Positions 21,398-31,852 of a stretch of 64,000 bases of DNA are shown piece after piece. A program made the translations under genes and the position numbers. Location: the IMG/VR virus record IMGVR_UViG_3300011113_000805, positions 1 to 64,000 of that record; one strand, written 5' to 3'. Every line of letters starts with the position of its first letter. The first letter of the stretch is position 1. A model generated the notes under the pieces. That model had not been told where the DNA came from, searched no databases, and was given only the letters and a program-made list of their open reading frames with translations.

Positions 21398-21877
21398 CTA
21401 TGTATGTCTTCGGACGATGATTCCGCACTCCCTGAGCAAATTTATTCCACTCGGATCACGATACTCCTCGGCATAGACGACTTCTTGAATTCCACCATTG
21501 ATAATGGCTTTTGCGCACTGCCGACAGGGAGAGAGGGTGAGATACATTCGTTTCGGCTTTGGGTTGTTGTAGTCACACTTGATGAGAGCATTCGTCTCCG
21601 CGTGGAGAAATCCACTCATCCCGGGTTCCATCGACTCCACGGAGTTGGGACCCCCACGGTGATCCCCGTTGTATCCCACCGAGAGAACCTGTGTGTTATC
21701 ACCGGTGACAATGACTGCACCCACCTGGTGCCGGGGATCCAAGGAACGCCGAGCAATGATTTTGGCAGTGTCCATCCACACCTCATCCCAGGTGGGCCTC
21801 ACCGGTGCAGGAGGATGTCTCAGGTGATCTAGAAAGTCATTGGATGGTTGAACCCCTTTAGGCTTTTCCTTGTTCAT
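21398..21877 (-). CDS. dCMP deaminase
   Basis: RPTWDE, VGAVIV, GYNG, HAETNA, SPCRQC. Confidence 0.92.
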   Translation of the reverse strand: MNKEKPKGVQPSNDFLDHLRHPPAPVRPTWDEVWMDTAKIIARRSLDPRHQVGAVIVTGDNTQVLSVGYNGDHRGGPNSVESMEPGMSGFLHAETNALIKCDYNNPKPKRMYLTLSPCRQCAKAIINGGIQEVVYAEEYRDPSGINLLRECGIIVRRHT

Positions 21878-22743
21878 TCCTGATTACTCCTTGTTTCTTT
21901 CTGATCAAAGATGCTCTCGATGGTGACACCAGGAGGAAGTGAGAAACCGGCGGCCTTTCGGTGACCACCACCACCCCACCGCTTTGCCACCTCACTGACA
22001 TCAGCATCCTCGTGGTGGGCACGAAGGGAGGCACGTACCTGACAAGTCCGATGATCCCACCACCAGATGAGGGCAAAATCACACCGGGGTGCCAGGGCGG
22101 AACCAATCTCCGAGATGAGGTGGAAGGCATTCACCACCAAGACACTCTTGCCACCAATGGATCTGGGAGTCGCTCGCTTGATTGACCGGGTGATAACAGT
22201 CTTATTGTATGCAAGGATGTGGGCTCCCCTTTCCTGGGCAGCATCCACTGCGGAGTCATCAAGGTACTTATCATACTCCTCAAACTCGAACGGAACCATA
22301 TCGAATGCTGCGACAAATTCACGGGAGTAAGGGATCTCCCACTTCCAGATGTCTCGGTCCTCAATGTGCCTAATCATTCGAGGAGGCTCTTTTCCAGGAT
22401 GAAAGAACTTCCAGGCCAGCATTGCCCCGCTATGGTTCATGTCAAATCGAGCGCAGGCGATGTCATGCAGATCCACCATGGCAGACTTGTGGTGATCGAT
22501 GATGAGAAAACCCTTTGCCTCACTAATGAGTCGCTTCGTGGTGGCATTGTCATAGGAGAAGTCCAGGACCACCACATTTTTACCACGTACGTCTGGGATG
22601 GGATCGCCGTGCTTTGATGGATGGTAAGTTGCCCGGTCACCAAGAAGCTTCCAGGCTGCCCATGCAGCACCAAAACCATCCGAGCAATCACCATGAAAGA
22701 TGACCATATCAACAGAATTGGGATCGGTAATCATCGATTGCAC
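21874..22743 (-). CDS. DHH/DHHA1 phosphoesterase
   Basis: HGDCSDG, LDFS, IDHH, GGGGHRKAAGF. Confidence 0.9.
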   Translation of the reverse strand: MQSMITDPNSVDMVIFHGDCSDGFGAAWAAWKLLGDRATYHPSKHGDPIPDVRGKNVVVLDFSYDNATTKRLISEAKGFLIIDHHKSAMVDLHDIACARFDMNHSGAMLAWKFFHPGKEPPRMIRHIEDRDIWKWEIPYSREFVAAFDMVPFEFEEYDKYLDDSAVDAAQERGAHILAYNKTVITRSIKRATPRSIGGKSVLVVNAFHLISEIGSALAPRCDFALIWWWDHRTCQVRASLRAHHEDADVSEVAKRWGGGGHRKAAGFSLPPGVTIESIFDQKETRSNQE

Positions 22744-22784
22744 CTCATAATCATTTTAATTCATCCTGCCCAAAAAGAGAACCC

Positions 22785-23357
22785 TCACTGTGTAACAAGA
22801 GGGTGACAGTTCCAACACAGCGGTTCATAAGTATCTGCTCCGCCAACTTCGATCTCATCTTCAGATGGGACTCGCCTATGTGTCAATGCAGCATCAGCAC
22901 CACAGGCGACACAGACAGCAGCACACTTCTCCACACGTGTAGCGAATGACAGGATCTTCTCCATCTCTGGAAAAGGTTTCAGGTTAGCTGAGAGCTCGAT
23001 GGAGGAGACATAGACCGAGATACCACGCATGAAAGCTGTCAGTAGAGCACTTGCACAACCGTCAATCATAAAGGCCTCATCGACGGCAATAACATCAGTA
23101 GGATTTTTCTCGATGTAGCGAACGATATCCTCACCAGAGGAAACCGGGATTGCAGAGATGGAACTGCCTGAATGGGTCACAATAGCTGTCTCTGCATAGC
23201 GTCCATCAATAGTGGGCTTAAAGCAGGCGACACGAGTTTTTCGAAGACGATGACGCTCCACGGCGGCAGTGAGTCGAGTCGATTTTCCCGACCACATGGG
23301 ACCACAATAAACAACAAACTCTTTGTTTATCACCGATCGATGTGAACAACTAACCAT
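22785..23357 (-). CDS. tdk: Thymidine kinase
   Basis: GPMWSGKST, FKPTID.RY, VDEA.M, CVAC...YEPLCWNC. Confidence 0.92.
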   Translation of the reverse strand: MVSCSHRSVINKEFVVYCGPMWSGKSTRLTAAVERHRLRKTRVACFKPTIDGRYAETAIVTHSGSSISAIPVSSGEDIVRYIEKNPTDVIAVDEAFMIDGCASALLTAFMRGISVYVSSIELSANLKPFPEMEKILSFATRVEKCAAVCVACGADAALTHRRVPSEDEIEVGGADTYEPLCWNCHPLVTQ

Positions 23358-23405
23358 TTATTTTCCTCTCCACATAGTATACTATATGTATGAATGGAGG
23401 CTGAA

Positions 23406-24275
23406 ATGTTTATTGAGAGAATTTCGACACCGAGAATCAATAAGAAAGGAGAACCATCGAAACAGAACAGGGTTATCTTTAAGTATGAGTGTGATACCTG
23501 CGGTGTGATTTACGAAAAGAGGCCCTGTAGCGCTAGCCGATCTACAAGCGGTCTTACTTTCTGTAGCAGAAAGTGCAGAGGTATGTCTGTTAGAGTCGGA
23601 AACGAAGCTTATCTTCTCACTAAAAAGAAGATGCTCGAGATTCACGGAGTTGAAAACTTGATGCAGCGCAAAGAAACAAGAGAGAAAATCAAGAAAACGC
23701 TCCTCGAGAGATACGGTGTTGAGAACCCTTCCCATTCTAAAGAATTCAAGGAAAAACGAAAAAGAACACATCTTGAGAGGTACGGTCACGAAGAAACTTT
23801 TCAGTCTCCGGAAATTCTCGCAAAGCGTGAGGTCACATGGATGAAGAAGTACGGGCAGAAAGATCCAAGAAATCAACCTCATCTGCAACAGATTGCAAAA
23901 GAAAAATCTCAAGAAACGATGATGCAGTATCCACAAAAGTGGTCATCAAAAATTGAGAATTCTTTTGCGGAGACCCTCTCATCTGTATTCGGTGAGGTGA
24001 TTAGACAAAAGCGGGTCAATCGATGGCCCATCGACTACTACATCCCTTCCATCGATACTTACATCCAGCTTGATGGGGTCTATTGGCACGGTCTTGACAA
24101 ACCAATTGATGAGATTAGAGAGTCAAGACGACCAAGAGACATCGGGAGAGTTCAAAAGTGGGAACAGGACAGAAAACAGGAAGAGTGGTTTGCCTCTCAT
24201 TCACTTCGTCTTGTTAGAGTGACCGACATCGAGGTGAAAGAGGGGAAAGCTCTTTCAAAAATTCAAAATCACTAA
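23406..24275 (+). mobile_element. Free-standing Vsr-like (DUF559/EDxHD-type) homing endonuclease
   Basis: CxxC...FCSRKC zinc motif, ERYGVENP repeats, IDYYIP...IQLDGVYWH...D; opposite strand to both neighbours; SD GGAGG. Confidence 0.8.
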
Positions 24276-24326
24276 ACTGTTAGAACTGCGATAGCCTTAT
24301 CAATCATATCACGGCTCCTGGCAAAA

Positions 24327-25334
24327 TCACAGTCCCCACCATTCCCAAGTACGGGCCAGTCCGTCTTCCAGTGAGACCTGAGGGGTCCATGCGATCTCTT
24401 GCCATGCTGTCGTGATATCAAGCTGTGTATCGCGAATATCACCCAGGCGAGCAGGGGCAACCTGTACCTGAATATCAGGCTTTCGATGTCGAAAGTGTTC
24501 CAGGATTGTGTTATTTGAGACACGGGTTCCTGTACCAATATTGACAACCTGCCCCGCAAAGAATTCTTCACGTCTTGCTGCAAGAAGATTTGCTCGTGCA
24601 ACATCGGTAACAAAGACCATGTCTCGGGTCTGCTCACCATCACCATCAGACCTTAGAGGATTTCCGGAGACAGCTGCATTACACCAGGCAGAAATGGCTG
24701 TAGAGTAAGCGCCTCCACCCAGCTGGCGGGGGCCGTAGACATTAGCATATCGCAAGGAGACAGCATCCAAGCCCCAAAGCCTATGTGATTGCCGCAGGAA
24801 ATGCTCCACCGTGAGCTTTTGCAGTCCATATGGTGACTGTGGATCTGTTGGATGAGCCTCAGGTGTTGGTAGCATCTCAACATTTCCATAAACTGCTGAC
24901 GTGGAGGAGAAGACGAGACGAACATGACTGGGAGACTTTCGAATGCTTTCCACCAATCGAGCAGTTCGAGTCACATTGATGTCAAAGGTCGTTGCGGGAT
25001 GCTCGACCGAGAATGTGACTCGAGGATTTGCAGCCAAATGAAAAACCGTATCGTAAAGTCCTCGTTCAATGCGACTGAGAATGTTAGGATCCTCAATGTC
25101 ACCTTGCACAACTACCACAGTATCCCGAGACCTTGCGTGTTCATAGAGGCTCTCGTACTGAGAGAGTAGGCCACCAAGAATAGATCGAATTCGAAGACCT
25201 TCCAGGAATTCGATGCTCCCTGCCGAGAGGTCGTCAATAATGTCGACCTTCCATCCTTTGCTTACCAACAGATGAACCAAATTGGATCCAATAAATCCAC
25301 AACCACCAGTTACCAATGCACGCATAAGAGTCAC
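24327..25334 (-). CDS. NAD-dependent nucleotide-sugar epimerase/dehydratase
   Basis: VTGGCGFIGS, HLAA, SSTSAVYG, SPYGLQK, RYANVYGPRQ, TRDMVFV. Confidence 0.93.
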   Translation of the reverse strand: MTLMRALVTGGCGFIGSNLVHLLVSKGWKVDIIDDLSAGSIEFLEGLRIRSILGGLLSQYESLYEHARSRDTVVVVQGDIEDPNILSRIERGLYDTVFHLAANPRVTFSVEHPATTFDINVTRTARLVESIRKSPSHVRLVFSSTSAVYGNVEMLPTPEAHPTDPQSPYGLQKLTVEHFLRQSHRLWGLDAVSLRYANVYGPRQLGGGAYSTAISAWCNAAVSGNPLRSDGDGEQTRDMVFVTDVARANLLAARREEFFAGQVVNIGTGTRVSNNTILEHFRHRKPDIQVQVAPARLGDIRDTQLDITTAWQEIAWTPQVSLEDGLARTWEWWGL

Positions 25335-25431
25335 ATATCCTCCTGTTAGGAATAACTTTTCATTATAATGGTGAGTTGCAATTTTGTCATTGAATAGCTC
25401 AAAAGCACATATTTATTTCTTTGAGGAAGCG

Positions 25432-26919
25432 ATGAGCAAAAGACTCTTCGAAGACAAGTTCAAGCGCGAGACAGGAAAGCGTTTCACAGATGATCTTCAG
25501 AAAATAAAGGACGCTGTTGACAAGGAAAAATTTTTCGTTCATTTCACCGACACGCCTAAAATAGGAATCAATCCAAGAAGCACTTTCCTTCCAGGACTCT
25601 ACGCTTATCCGCTTACTCGGGAAATCTATGAGAAGTTTGTTATCTCAGTGGACGAGTACGCAAGAGGACAAGGCAGGGCAGGAAGATATGTTTTTCTACT
25701 AAAAATAAAACCTGATGCAAAAATCATTGAGGGAAAAGAGTTGGAGGGGAGAATTGTCAAGAACTTTGCGTATTGCATTGCTCCCTTGCTGGATAATAAT
25801 CTTGTAATAGCAGTTCCTAAGAATCGATATCTCGGCCATGAAGAAGTCGCAGAGCTTATTGAAACACACTATCGAGATGATATTATGCTCGGGTTGGAAC
25901 GAATTCGTTCTGAACTCAAAAGAATTGAGTTTCGCATCAACAAGAGATCAGCCAAACTTGCAGCCTTAAAGACCGTTCTAAGAGAAACGGCACCTGATGC
26001 CGGAGAATTACCAGAATGGATTAACGAGAAACTTTGGGATGGATCAAAGGAATCTAAGAGAAACATACAAAAACTAACATTGGATCATATCACAAATGAT
26101 GAGTTGGCAAGTGGGAAGCTTGCAAGTGCAATTTACACTTACAAAGATCATCCCATTACAGCCGGCATTCGAAACAGTGTTGTTATCTCTAATGACATAA
26201 TAGCACTGCAAAATCTTGCAAATCACAGCTATTCTGGGGCTGCAACAAAAAGATGGGATGTCCTAAGAGACCTATTTGTCTTTGACAAGAAGATGAACAC
26301 AGCATCGTTCATTCGAACAAAGAGCGGTGAAAGAAAGGAAATGAAGCAAATCGTTAATGAATGCCTTGAGAGAACCGTGCAGATAATGAAAATCTCTAAG
26401 GAGAAGCTATTGCAGATTCTGAAACAAGATTCTGTTGGAACAAATATACTGCTAGGTCTAGGTGATGCCAATGTCCTCATAGATACTGGCATCGATGTCA
26501 GAAATACAGCAGCCGGCTGGGGTGGAATTCTAGGCGACCTTGAAGCAGCTCAGGCATACATCAGACCTCCGATCGGAAAATCAATAGAGGTCATAGCGAT
26601 GGTGGATCGATTTGAAGGTGATCCTGACAGTAAAACACCACCTGGCACTAGTACTCCCGATAAGGACTATGGAAAAGTTGCCGACGAAGAATGGAGAGAT
26701 TGGGCGGCAGGTCGGGAATCTAGTGCCAGGGATTTGTCACCTCGTGCTCTGGCACTCAATAAGAAATTCCTGGGCAAAGGATATCAGCAGGCAAAATACG
26801 ATAGGGACAATCGACTTATAAGGCCCGGAAAGGAATCGCCTACCGAGAGATGGAAGGATGCCAAGCTGGAAATGATTGTCAGAGACTGCATTAGGGAAAT
26901 GATCTTCTCCAAGAATTAG
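25432..26919 (+). CDS. Hypothetical protein (possible divergent ART-like fold)
   Basis: SD GAGG and CATATTTA upstream; FVHFT..KIGINP..GLYAYP; C-terminal IVRDCIREMI. Confidence 0.6.
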   Translation: MSKRLFEDKFKRETGKRFTDDLQKIKDAVDKEKFFVHFTDTPKIGINPRSTFLPGLYAYPLTREIYEKFVISVDEYARGQGRAGRYVFLLKIKPDAKIIEGKELEGRIVKNFAYCIAPLLDNNLVIAVPKNRYLGHEEVAELIETHYRDDIMLGLERIRSELKRIEFRINKRSAKLAALKTVLRETAPDAGELPEWINEKLWDGSKESKRNIQKLTLDHITNDELASGKLASAIYTYKDHPITAGIRNSVVISNDIIALQNLANHSYSGAATKRWDVLRDLFVFDKKMNTASFIRTKSGERKEMKQIVNECLERTVQIMKISKEKLLQILKQDSVGTNILLGLGDANVLIDTGIDVRNTAAGWGGILGDLEAAQAYIRPPIGKSIEVIAMVDRFEGDPDSKTPPGTSTPDKDYGKVADEEWRDWAAGRESSARDLSPRALALNKKFLGKGYQQAKYDRDNRLIRPGKESPTERWKDAKLEMIVRDCIREMIFSKN

Positions 26920-27974
26920 ACATCAATGTACTTCATTTGATGTACATTAGTGGATGTTCCCCAGGAGGGATCGGACTTCACGTTGGCTAGCCAGATGCTA
27001 TATGGGACAAGTTTCGATCCTCGATTTCCCCACACACGAAGCCAAGTCACCTGCATAGTTGTATCTGTCACCTTGAGGCGCATGAAGGGCTTACCATTCT
27101 TTGTCTGCTTCTCCTCCACCTGAAGGACACAGAACCAGCAGACATCCTCACCACCAGAAGAAAGCTCAGCAATAGGTGGAAGTTCTGCCTGCCGAATACG
27201 GGCCATGATCTCATCAGGAAAGATAATGTGATGGGGTGCTGAACCTGAAGTCTCCACCTGTTGTTGAACTTTTTGTGTCCGATCCCAGTCATCAATGTGC
27301 CTGACAGTCTCGATGAGTTCCAGGAGAATCGGTGGCGCATTGGCCTTTGCCGCCTTTCGCGGGTTCATGCCCCACCGACCCTTCTTCAGGGTGCCGTAGT
27401 TGCCGATGATAATCTCATGAAGTTGTCGATGATTAAGAAGGCGACCGTCCTGAAACTCTTCCAATGTTCCAAAGGCCTCCATAAAGAGGAGTGATTCGAG
27501 GCAGCTCCTATTCACCTTTGTGTGCCTCCACTTACCTTCAGAATCAAAGAGAAGCTCATCCAGGTTTCGATAGGGCCTATTCTCAAGGATTTCGGAGACA
27601 GCCGTGTCACCAACTCGCTTTAGAGATGAGAGCGGAGGAACGAATGCCTGTAAATCATTGGACCAGCTCCAGACATCACCAGAAGTATTGATGTCTGGTG
27701 GTGAGATTTTGTAGCCCATTTGCTTGATCTCTGAGACTACCACAGAGAGACCTTCAACATTTCCACTTTCTGACTGCAGGCAGGTTGCAAGCCAATCAGT
27801 TTCATAGTGTGTCATTAGCCATGCACCATAATAGGAGTCAATGGCATATGCAACCGAGTGAGAATTTGAAGTCAAAAGGCCGTTTGCAAGATAAAACTGG
27901 TGATCCGGATGATCCACTTCAAGGTCATAGGTCTGGTGTTCGCCGATGCTCTTGTAGGACTTAACTTTTGCCAT
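26916..27974 (-). CDS. dnaE: DNA polymerase III alpha C-terminal part fused to a split C-intein (27864-27974)
   Basis: MAKVKSYKSIGEHQTYDLEV...ANGLLTSN|SHSVAYA; PPDINTS, LKRVGD, OB-fold TKNGKPFM. Confidence 0.9.
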   Translation of the reverse strand: MAKVKSYKSIGEHQTYDLEVDHPDHQFYLANGLLTSNSHSVAYAIDSYYGAWLMTHYETDWLATCLQSESGNVEGLSVVVSEIKQMGYKISPPDINTSGDVWSWSNDLQAFVPPLSSLKRVGDTAVSEILENRPYRNLDELLFDSEGKWRHTKVNRSCLESLLFMEAFGTLEEFQDGRLLNHRQLHEIIIGNYGTLKKGRWGMNPRKAAKANAPPILLELIETVRHIDDWDRTQKVQQQVETSGSAPHHIIFPDEIMARIRQAELPPIAELSSGGEDVCWFCVLQVEEKQTKNGKPFMRLKVTDTTMQVTWLRVWGNRGSKLVPYSIWLANVKSDPSWGTSTNVHQMKYIDV

Positions 27975-28929
27975 AATCTTCACCTATAAGAATAAGCCCT
28001 GTTGATTTTTCAGTAAGGGCACTTAGAATTTGTGTAATACAGGATTCTTTGAATTTGCCCTTTTGAAATTCTGAGTGAGAAACCCTAATTACGGTATACC
28101 CTTTCTTTGTCAAGGCTTCATTTAATATTAAATCAGACCGCCTTATGTTTTCAAGTTTCTCAGCTCCGAATATTGGCAAAAAGTGAACAGGACCATCAAA
28201 TTCTACCACCACCTTCAACAGCGGATCCATGATATCGATTTGTCGTCTCTTCGAAATCGTGTTAAACGATACATCAAATATTCTTTGATTTTTACGAAAC
28301 CCAACATGATGTTTGCTAAGCATGTCAAATAAGGCTTTTTCAGGATAGCTTTGCTTAACAGCATGCATTCTCATAGTGCATTTCGAATAAAATTCTTCAG
28401 GATTGGAAGATCTCCACTTTGCAAGTGCAATTGTTCTTGCATGAAGAATTTCAGGTTTGTTTGAAGTAACTCTTGCTACACGTGATGATCTTTCACGACT
28501 TTTTTCACTCCTATTAAGATTGGACAAATTTTCACTTCTTGCCTTAATGGCACTAGGTGACCTTCGAATGCCTGATGATTTTGCTTCACCATGGCCGGCC
28601 CCATTTATTTTCCCAGCACTACTGTACTTTTTAACACATTCGTCTGCTGCAATTTGACCAGTATAGTCTTTCTTGGTAATGCCATGAGATTTTCTTAGGT
28701 GACGAGTTAAGATTCGAAACTTTTCTCCGCATATAAGGCAGACAACAAAATCCTTTCCTTCAGTTAGAGAAATACATTTCTCGCATGAAAGAACATGTGA
28801 CCAGAATATTGAGTTTTCCCTTAGGAAAGATCTTCCGCAGTCACAACAATTTCCAAGTCTTCCTGAATGATTTTCCAGATTGGAAGCATCTGACCGCAAG
28901 TTGTCCTGAATTTGTGATCCATCGTGCAT
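27961..28929 (-). mobile_element. Vsr-like/DUF559 homing endonuclease between the dnaE split-intein halves
   Basis: Zinc finger CLICG...HLRKSH; IDIMD...VVEFDGPVH...D...GYTVIRV; overlaps both dnaE parts out of frame. Confidence 0.8.
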
Positions 28930-31742
28930 CGAACTTTTTCTCCTGTATCAAGCTCAAACTCGTGCAGCTCTAAGACACCATGGTCATGCTTTGCACGAAC
29001 CTGAACAAACAAGTCTTTTCCTGTTGATTCTTCACGAGACTTAACAAAGCAACCTGGGGTGATGTCCTTGAGCATCAAAGTTTCAATAAACTCACCATTA
29101 TGTGAATACGTATGTACCTCTTCCTCAAAGTGACAAGTTTTATTGAAGCCATAAAGTGAGAAGTACGCGATGGTATCAAAGAGGTCCTGGGCTTGCTTTG
29201 GTGTCAATCCGGATTTCTCAATACAGCCGGAGACAAACTTCTTCTCCAGTGCCTCCTTCTCCTCAGACTTCTTACCAAGTGAGGTAAGATCTTTCTTCAC
29301 CAGAGTCTTTCGCATCTTGTCAGAGTCACCAGGTGAGAAACCTGCGAGTTTCTGAGCAAGTACCATGAATTGTTCCTGGAACACAATAAAGCCGCATGTG
29401 GGGCCCAGGACTTCTTCGATAACAGGATGATCGTACTTGATGGCATCTCGATTCTGCTTTGCCTCCACATATTTTTTGTGCACATTGGCTTTCAAAGGAC
29501 CGGGGCGATAGATCGCCGTAATGGTGGAGAGGTCGATAATATTCTCAGGCTTTGCTGCCACACAGAACTTTCGAGCTCCATCTGATGTGAACTGGAAGAT
29601 GCCTGACCAACGACCCTCCTGATAGACATGCCTGAAGACTTTTGAATCATTAGGCTCCACATAGCGACAATTGAGCTTCTGATCATAGAAGTCTTTTACT
29701 TCGACAAAGGTGGGATCTCGACCAAGCTCTCGGAGGAGGATTCGACGAATGCAGTCCTCCACCATTTGCATTTGCTTCAGGCCCAAGAAATCAAACTTCA
29801 GAAAGCCGTTCTCTTCCAAGTTTCGAATATTGACACCTTCGGTCCACGGTGTCTGGAGTTCTCCCTTTACCGTGATGAGAGGCATGTGCTTCTCAAGTTC
29901 TGGGCAGATGAGGACGCCGCCAGCATGTCGACCAACAGATCGATTCATCATGAAGAGTGATCGCACCTTGTCTTGTACCTGAGGATACTTCTCCATAAAC
30001 TCACGGTATCGAGGTGAGTGCTCCATACAGTCCTCGTGCTTCAGAACAAACATGGACTTCTCCATGTTAGGATCACGGGATTTCTCGGCAACCTCACGTT
30101 CAAGGGGTCCGGTGACGGCATTGACTTCATCGAAGGGAACACCGTAGAACTTGGAGACATCTTTTACCAGTGACTTCAGCTTCAGGGTATTGAAGTTGGA
30201 GACCGGCACCACTGATTCCTCACCGAAGATCTCACGTGCCGCCTCAATGAGCTTATCACGATCACCGACATCAGTGTCAATATCTGGCCAAGATGCCTTC
30301 TGCCGAGAGAGAAACCGCTCCCAGAGGAGATCATACTTAATAGGATCCACGTGTGTGATACCAAGGAGATAGTTCACAAGGGAGCCTGCGCCACTTCCGC
30401 GGCCGGCGCCTGGAAGGGTCCTGTTCTCGGCGACCTTAAAGACTTTCTCCAAGGTAAGAAAGTAGTCCTCAAACTTGAGGAACTTGATATCACCAAGCTC
30501 CATTTTTGCACGTTCGATATAGACAGGATCCTTGTGGAGTCCTTCCTCAATGAGTCGCTCCTTCACGATCTGTGTCAATTGACTCATCCCGGTCTGCTCA
30601 GGTGTGTTGAACTTTGGAAGCTTTGCGCTACCATCAAACCATACCTGCTGACATTGCTCCCAAACAATATCGTGTGACCGCTCGATGGCATCTCGGACTC
30701 TCTCCTCGTTGCCACGGTAGAAGCTATTGTCCGGGATAAGGCTCACGAACTCGTCCCAGATCTCATTCGCATTCTTCGGATAAAGCTCAGCCTTCAGATC
30801 TGTCCTCAGTGGGAGGACAGGTGCTGTGCCATCATTCTTGATGCGACCGGGCTGAAGCTGACGATAGATCTCACGAGACTCCCAGAAGTCCGGACCTGGG
30901 TAGTGCGAGTCTGAAGTAACGATGAGTGGGACGCCAGTCTTCTGTGAAGCATCTAGAAGAAACCGATTCGTAAGATTCTGGGCAGGAAGCTTGTTGAACT
31001 GTAGCTCTAGGAAGAAATTATCGCGACCAACAGCATCAGTAAAGCGATCCACCATATTTCCAAGACGTCCCAGGATACGATTACGACCAGCTACTCCTGC
31101 GACATCATAGAGATCAGGTGTCAGCTCGGAGAACTTCTTGTCAGGAAACTCTCGAAAGATATTTCCAGAGGCGAAACCGCCTACACAGGCCGTGCTGACA
31201 ATAAGGCCGCGACCATGTTCCCGAAGCATCTGAAAGTCGATTCGAGGAAACTTATAGAAACCCTCACGGAAAGATCGCTTCACCAGTGTAAAGAGATTTG
31301 CCAGGCCCTCATTGTCACGTGCCACCACCACTATGTGGTAGCGTCGATTAATGTTATCAACAACATCGGAGGATCGAGTCTCATCGGCATCCTCCACCAC
31401 AAGGCGACCATTGCCGTCCTCGTCAACAAGGGACTCCTCCTCCTGGCTCATTCCTGACTTGGAGAGGGCATATGCCTTTCGCCACTCATTGAGATCCGGA
31501 ACAAAGTAGAACTCAACACCAAAGAGCTGTCGAAAGTGCTTTCCTTTGGTGATGAGCTTTTTTGCGTGAGCATGAGCATGAGCAAGACCATTGCCATTGC
31601 CATGATCTGTCAGGGTCCAAGAGTCAAGTCCATTGGAGATACTGAAGTCGATGTGATCGGAGGGCTGCCCAAATCCATCGTAAGGTGAAAAATGGCTATG
31701 ACCATGAATGGAGGCATATCGACGAGGAGGTTGGATGATCAT
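28821..31742 (-). CDS. dnaE: DNA polymerase III alpha N-terminal part fused to a split N-intein (about 28821-29138)
   Basis: PHP HGHSHFS..DG/TDHG, GRGSGAGSL, PDIDTD, KFDFLGL, YGFNK, then a Hint N-half with CTMDHKF. Confidence 0.93.
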   Translation of the reverse strand: MIIQPPRRYASIHGHSHFSPYDGFGQPSDHIDFSISNGLDSWTLTDHGNGNGLAHAHAHAKKLITKGKHFRQLFGVEFYFVPDLNEWRKAYALSKSGMSQEEESLVDEDGNGRLVVEDADETRSSDVVDNINRRYHIVVVARDNEGLANLFTLVKRSFREGFYKFPRIDFQMLREHGRGLIVSTACVGGFASGNIFREFPDKKFSELTPDLYDVAGVAGRNRILGRLGNMVDRFTDAVGRDNFFLELQFNKLPAQNLTNRFLLDASQKTGVPLIVTSDSHYPGPDFWESREIYRQLQPGRIKNDGTAPVLPLRTDLKAELYPKNANEIWDEFVSLIPDNSFYRGNEERVRDAIERSHDIVWEQCQQVWFDGSAKLPKFNTPEQTGMSQLTQIVKERLIEEGLHKDPVYIERAKMELGDIKFLKFEDYFLTLEKVFKVAENRTLPGAGRGSGAGSLVNYLLGITHVDPIKYDLLWERFLSRQKASWPDIDTDVGDRDKLIEAAREIFGEESVVPVSNFNTLKLKSLVKDVSKFYGVPFDEVNAVTGPLEREVAEKSRDPNMEKSMFVLKHEDCMEHSPRYREFMEKYPQVQDKVRSLFMMNRSVGRHAGGVLICPELEKHMPLITVKGELQTPWTEGVNIRNLEENGFLKFDFLGLKQMQMVEDCIRRILLRELGRDPTFVEVKDFYDQKLNCRYVEPNDSKVFRHVYQEGRWSGIFQFTSDGARKFCVAAKPENIIDLSTITAIYRPGPLKANVHKKYVEAKQNRDAIKYDHPVIEEVLGPTCGFIVFQEQFMVLAQKLAGFSPGDSDKMRKTLVKKDLTSLGKKSEEKEALEKKFVSGCIEKSGLTPKQAQDLFDTIAYFSLYGFNKTCHFEEEVHTYSHNGEFIETLMLKDITPGCFVKSREESTGKDLFVQVRAKHDHGVLELHEFELDTGEKVRCTMDHKFRTTCGQMLPIWKIIQEDLEIVVTAEDLS

Positions 31743-31769
31743 TGCTTCTTCTCCATTGAATTACAACTA

Positions 31770-31798
31770 ATGGTAATATCTTATTGCAATATTTTCAA
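31770..31798 (-). promoter_or_regulatory. Sigma70-like promoter of dnaE
   Basis: TTGAAA-N17-TACCAT. Confidence 0.55.
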
Positions 31799-31800
31799 TG

Positions 31801-31831
31801 CAAAAGGCCAGGCAATGCTGCCTGGCCTTTG
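31801..31831 (-). terminator. Intrinsic terminator
   Basis: aaaggccaggca-atgc-tgcctggccttt stem with T run. Confidence 0.75.
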
Positions 31832-31852
31832 AACACAGAAATTTAAGGTGAC

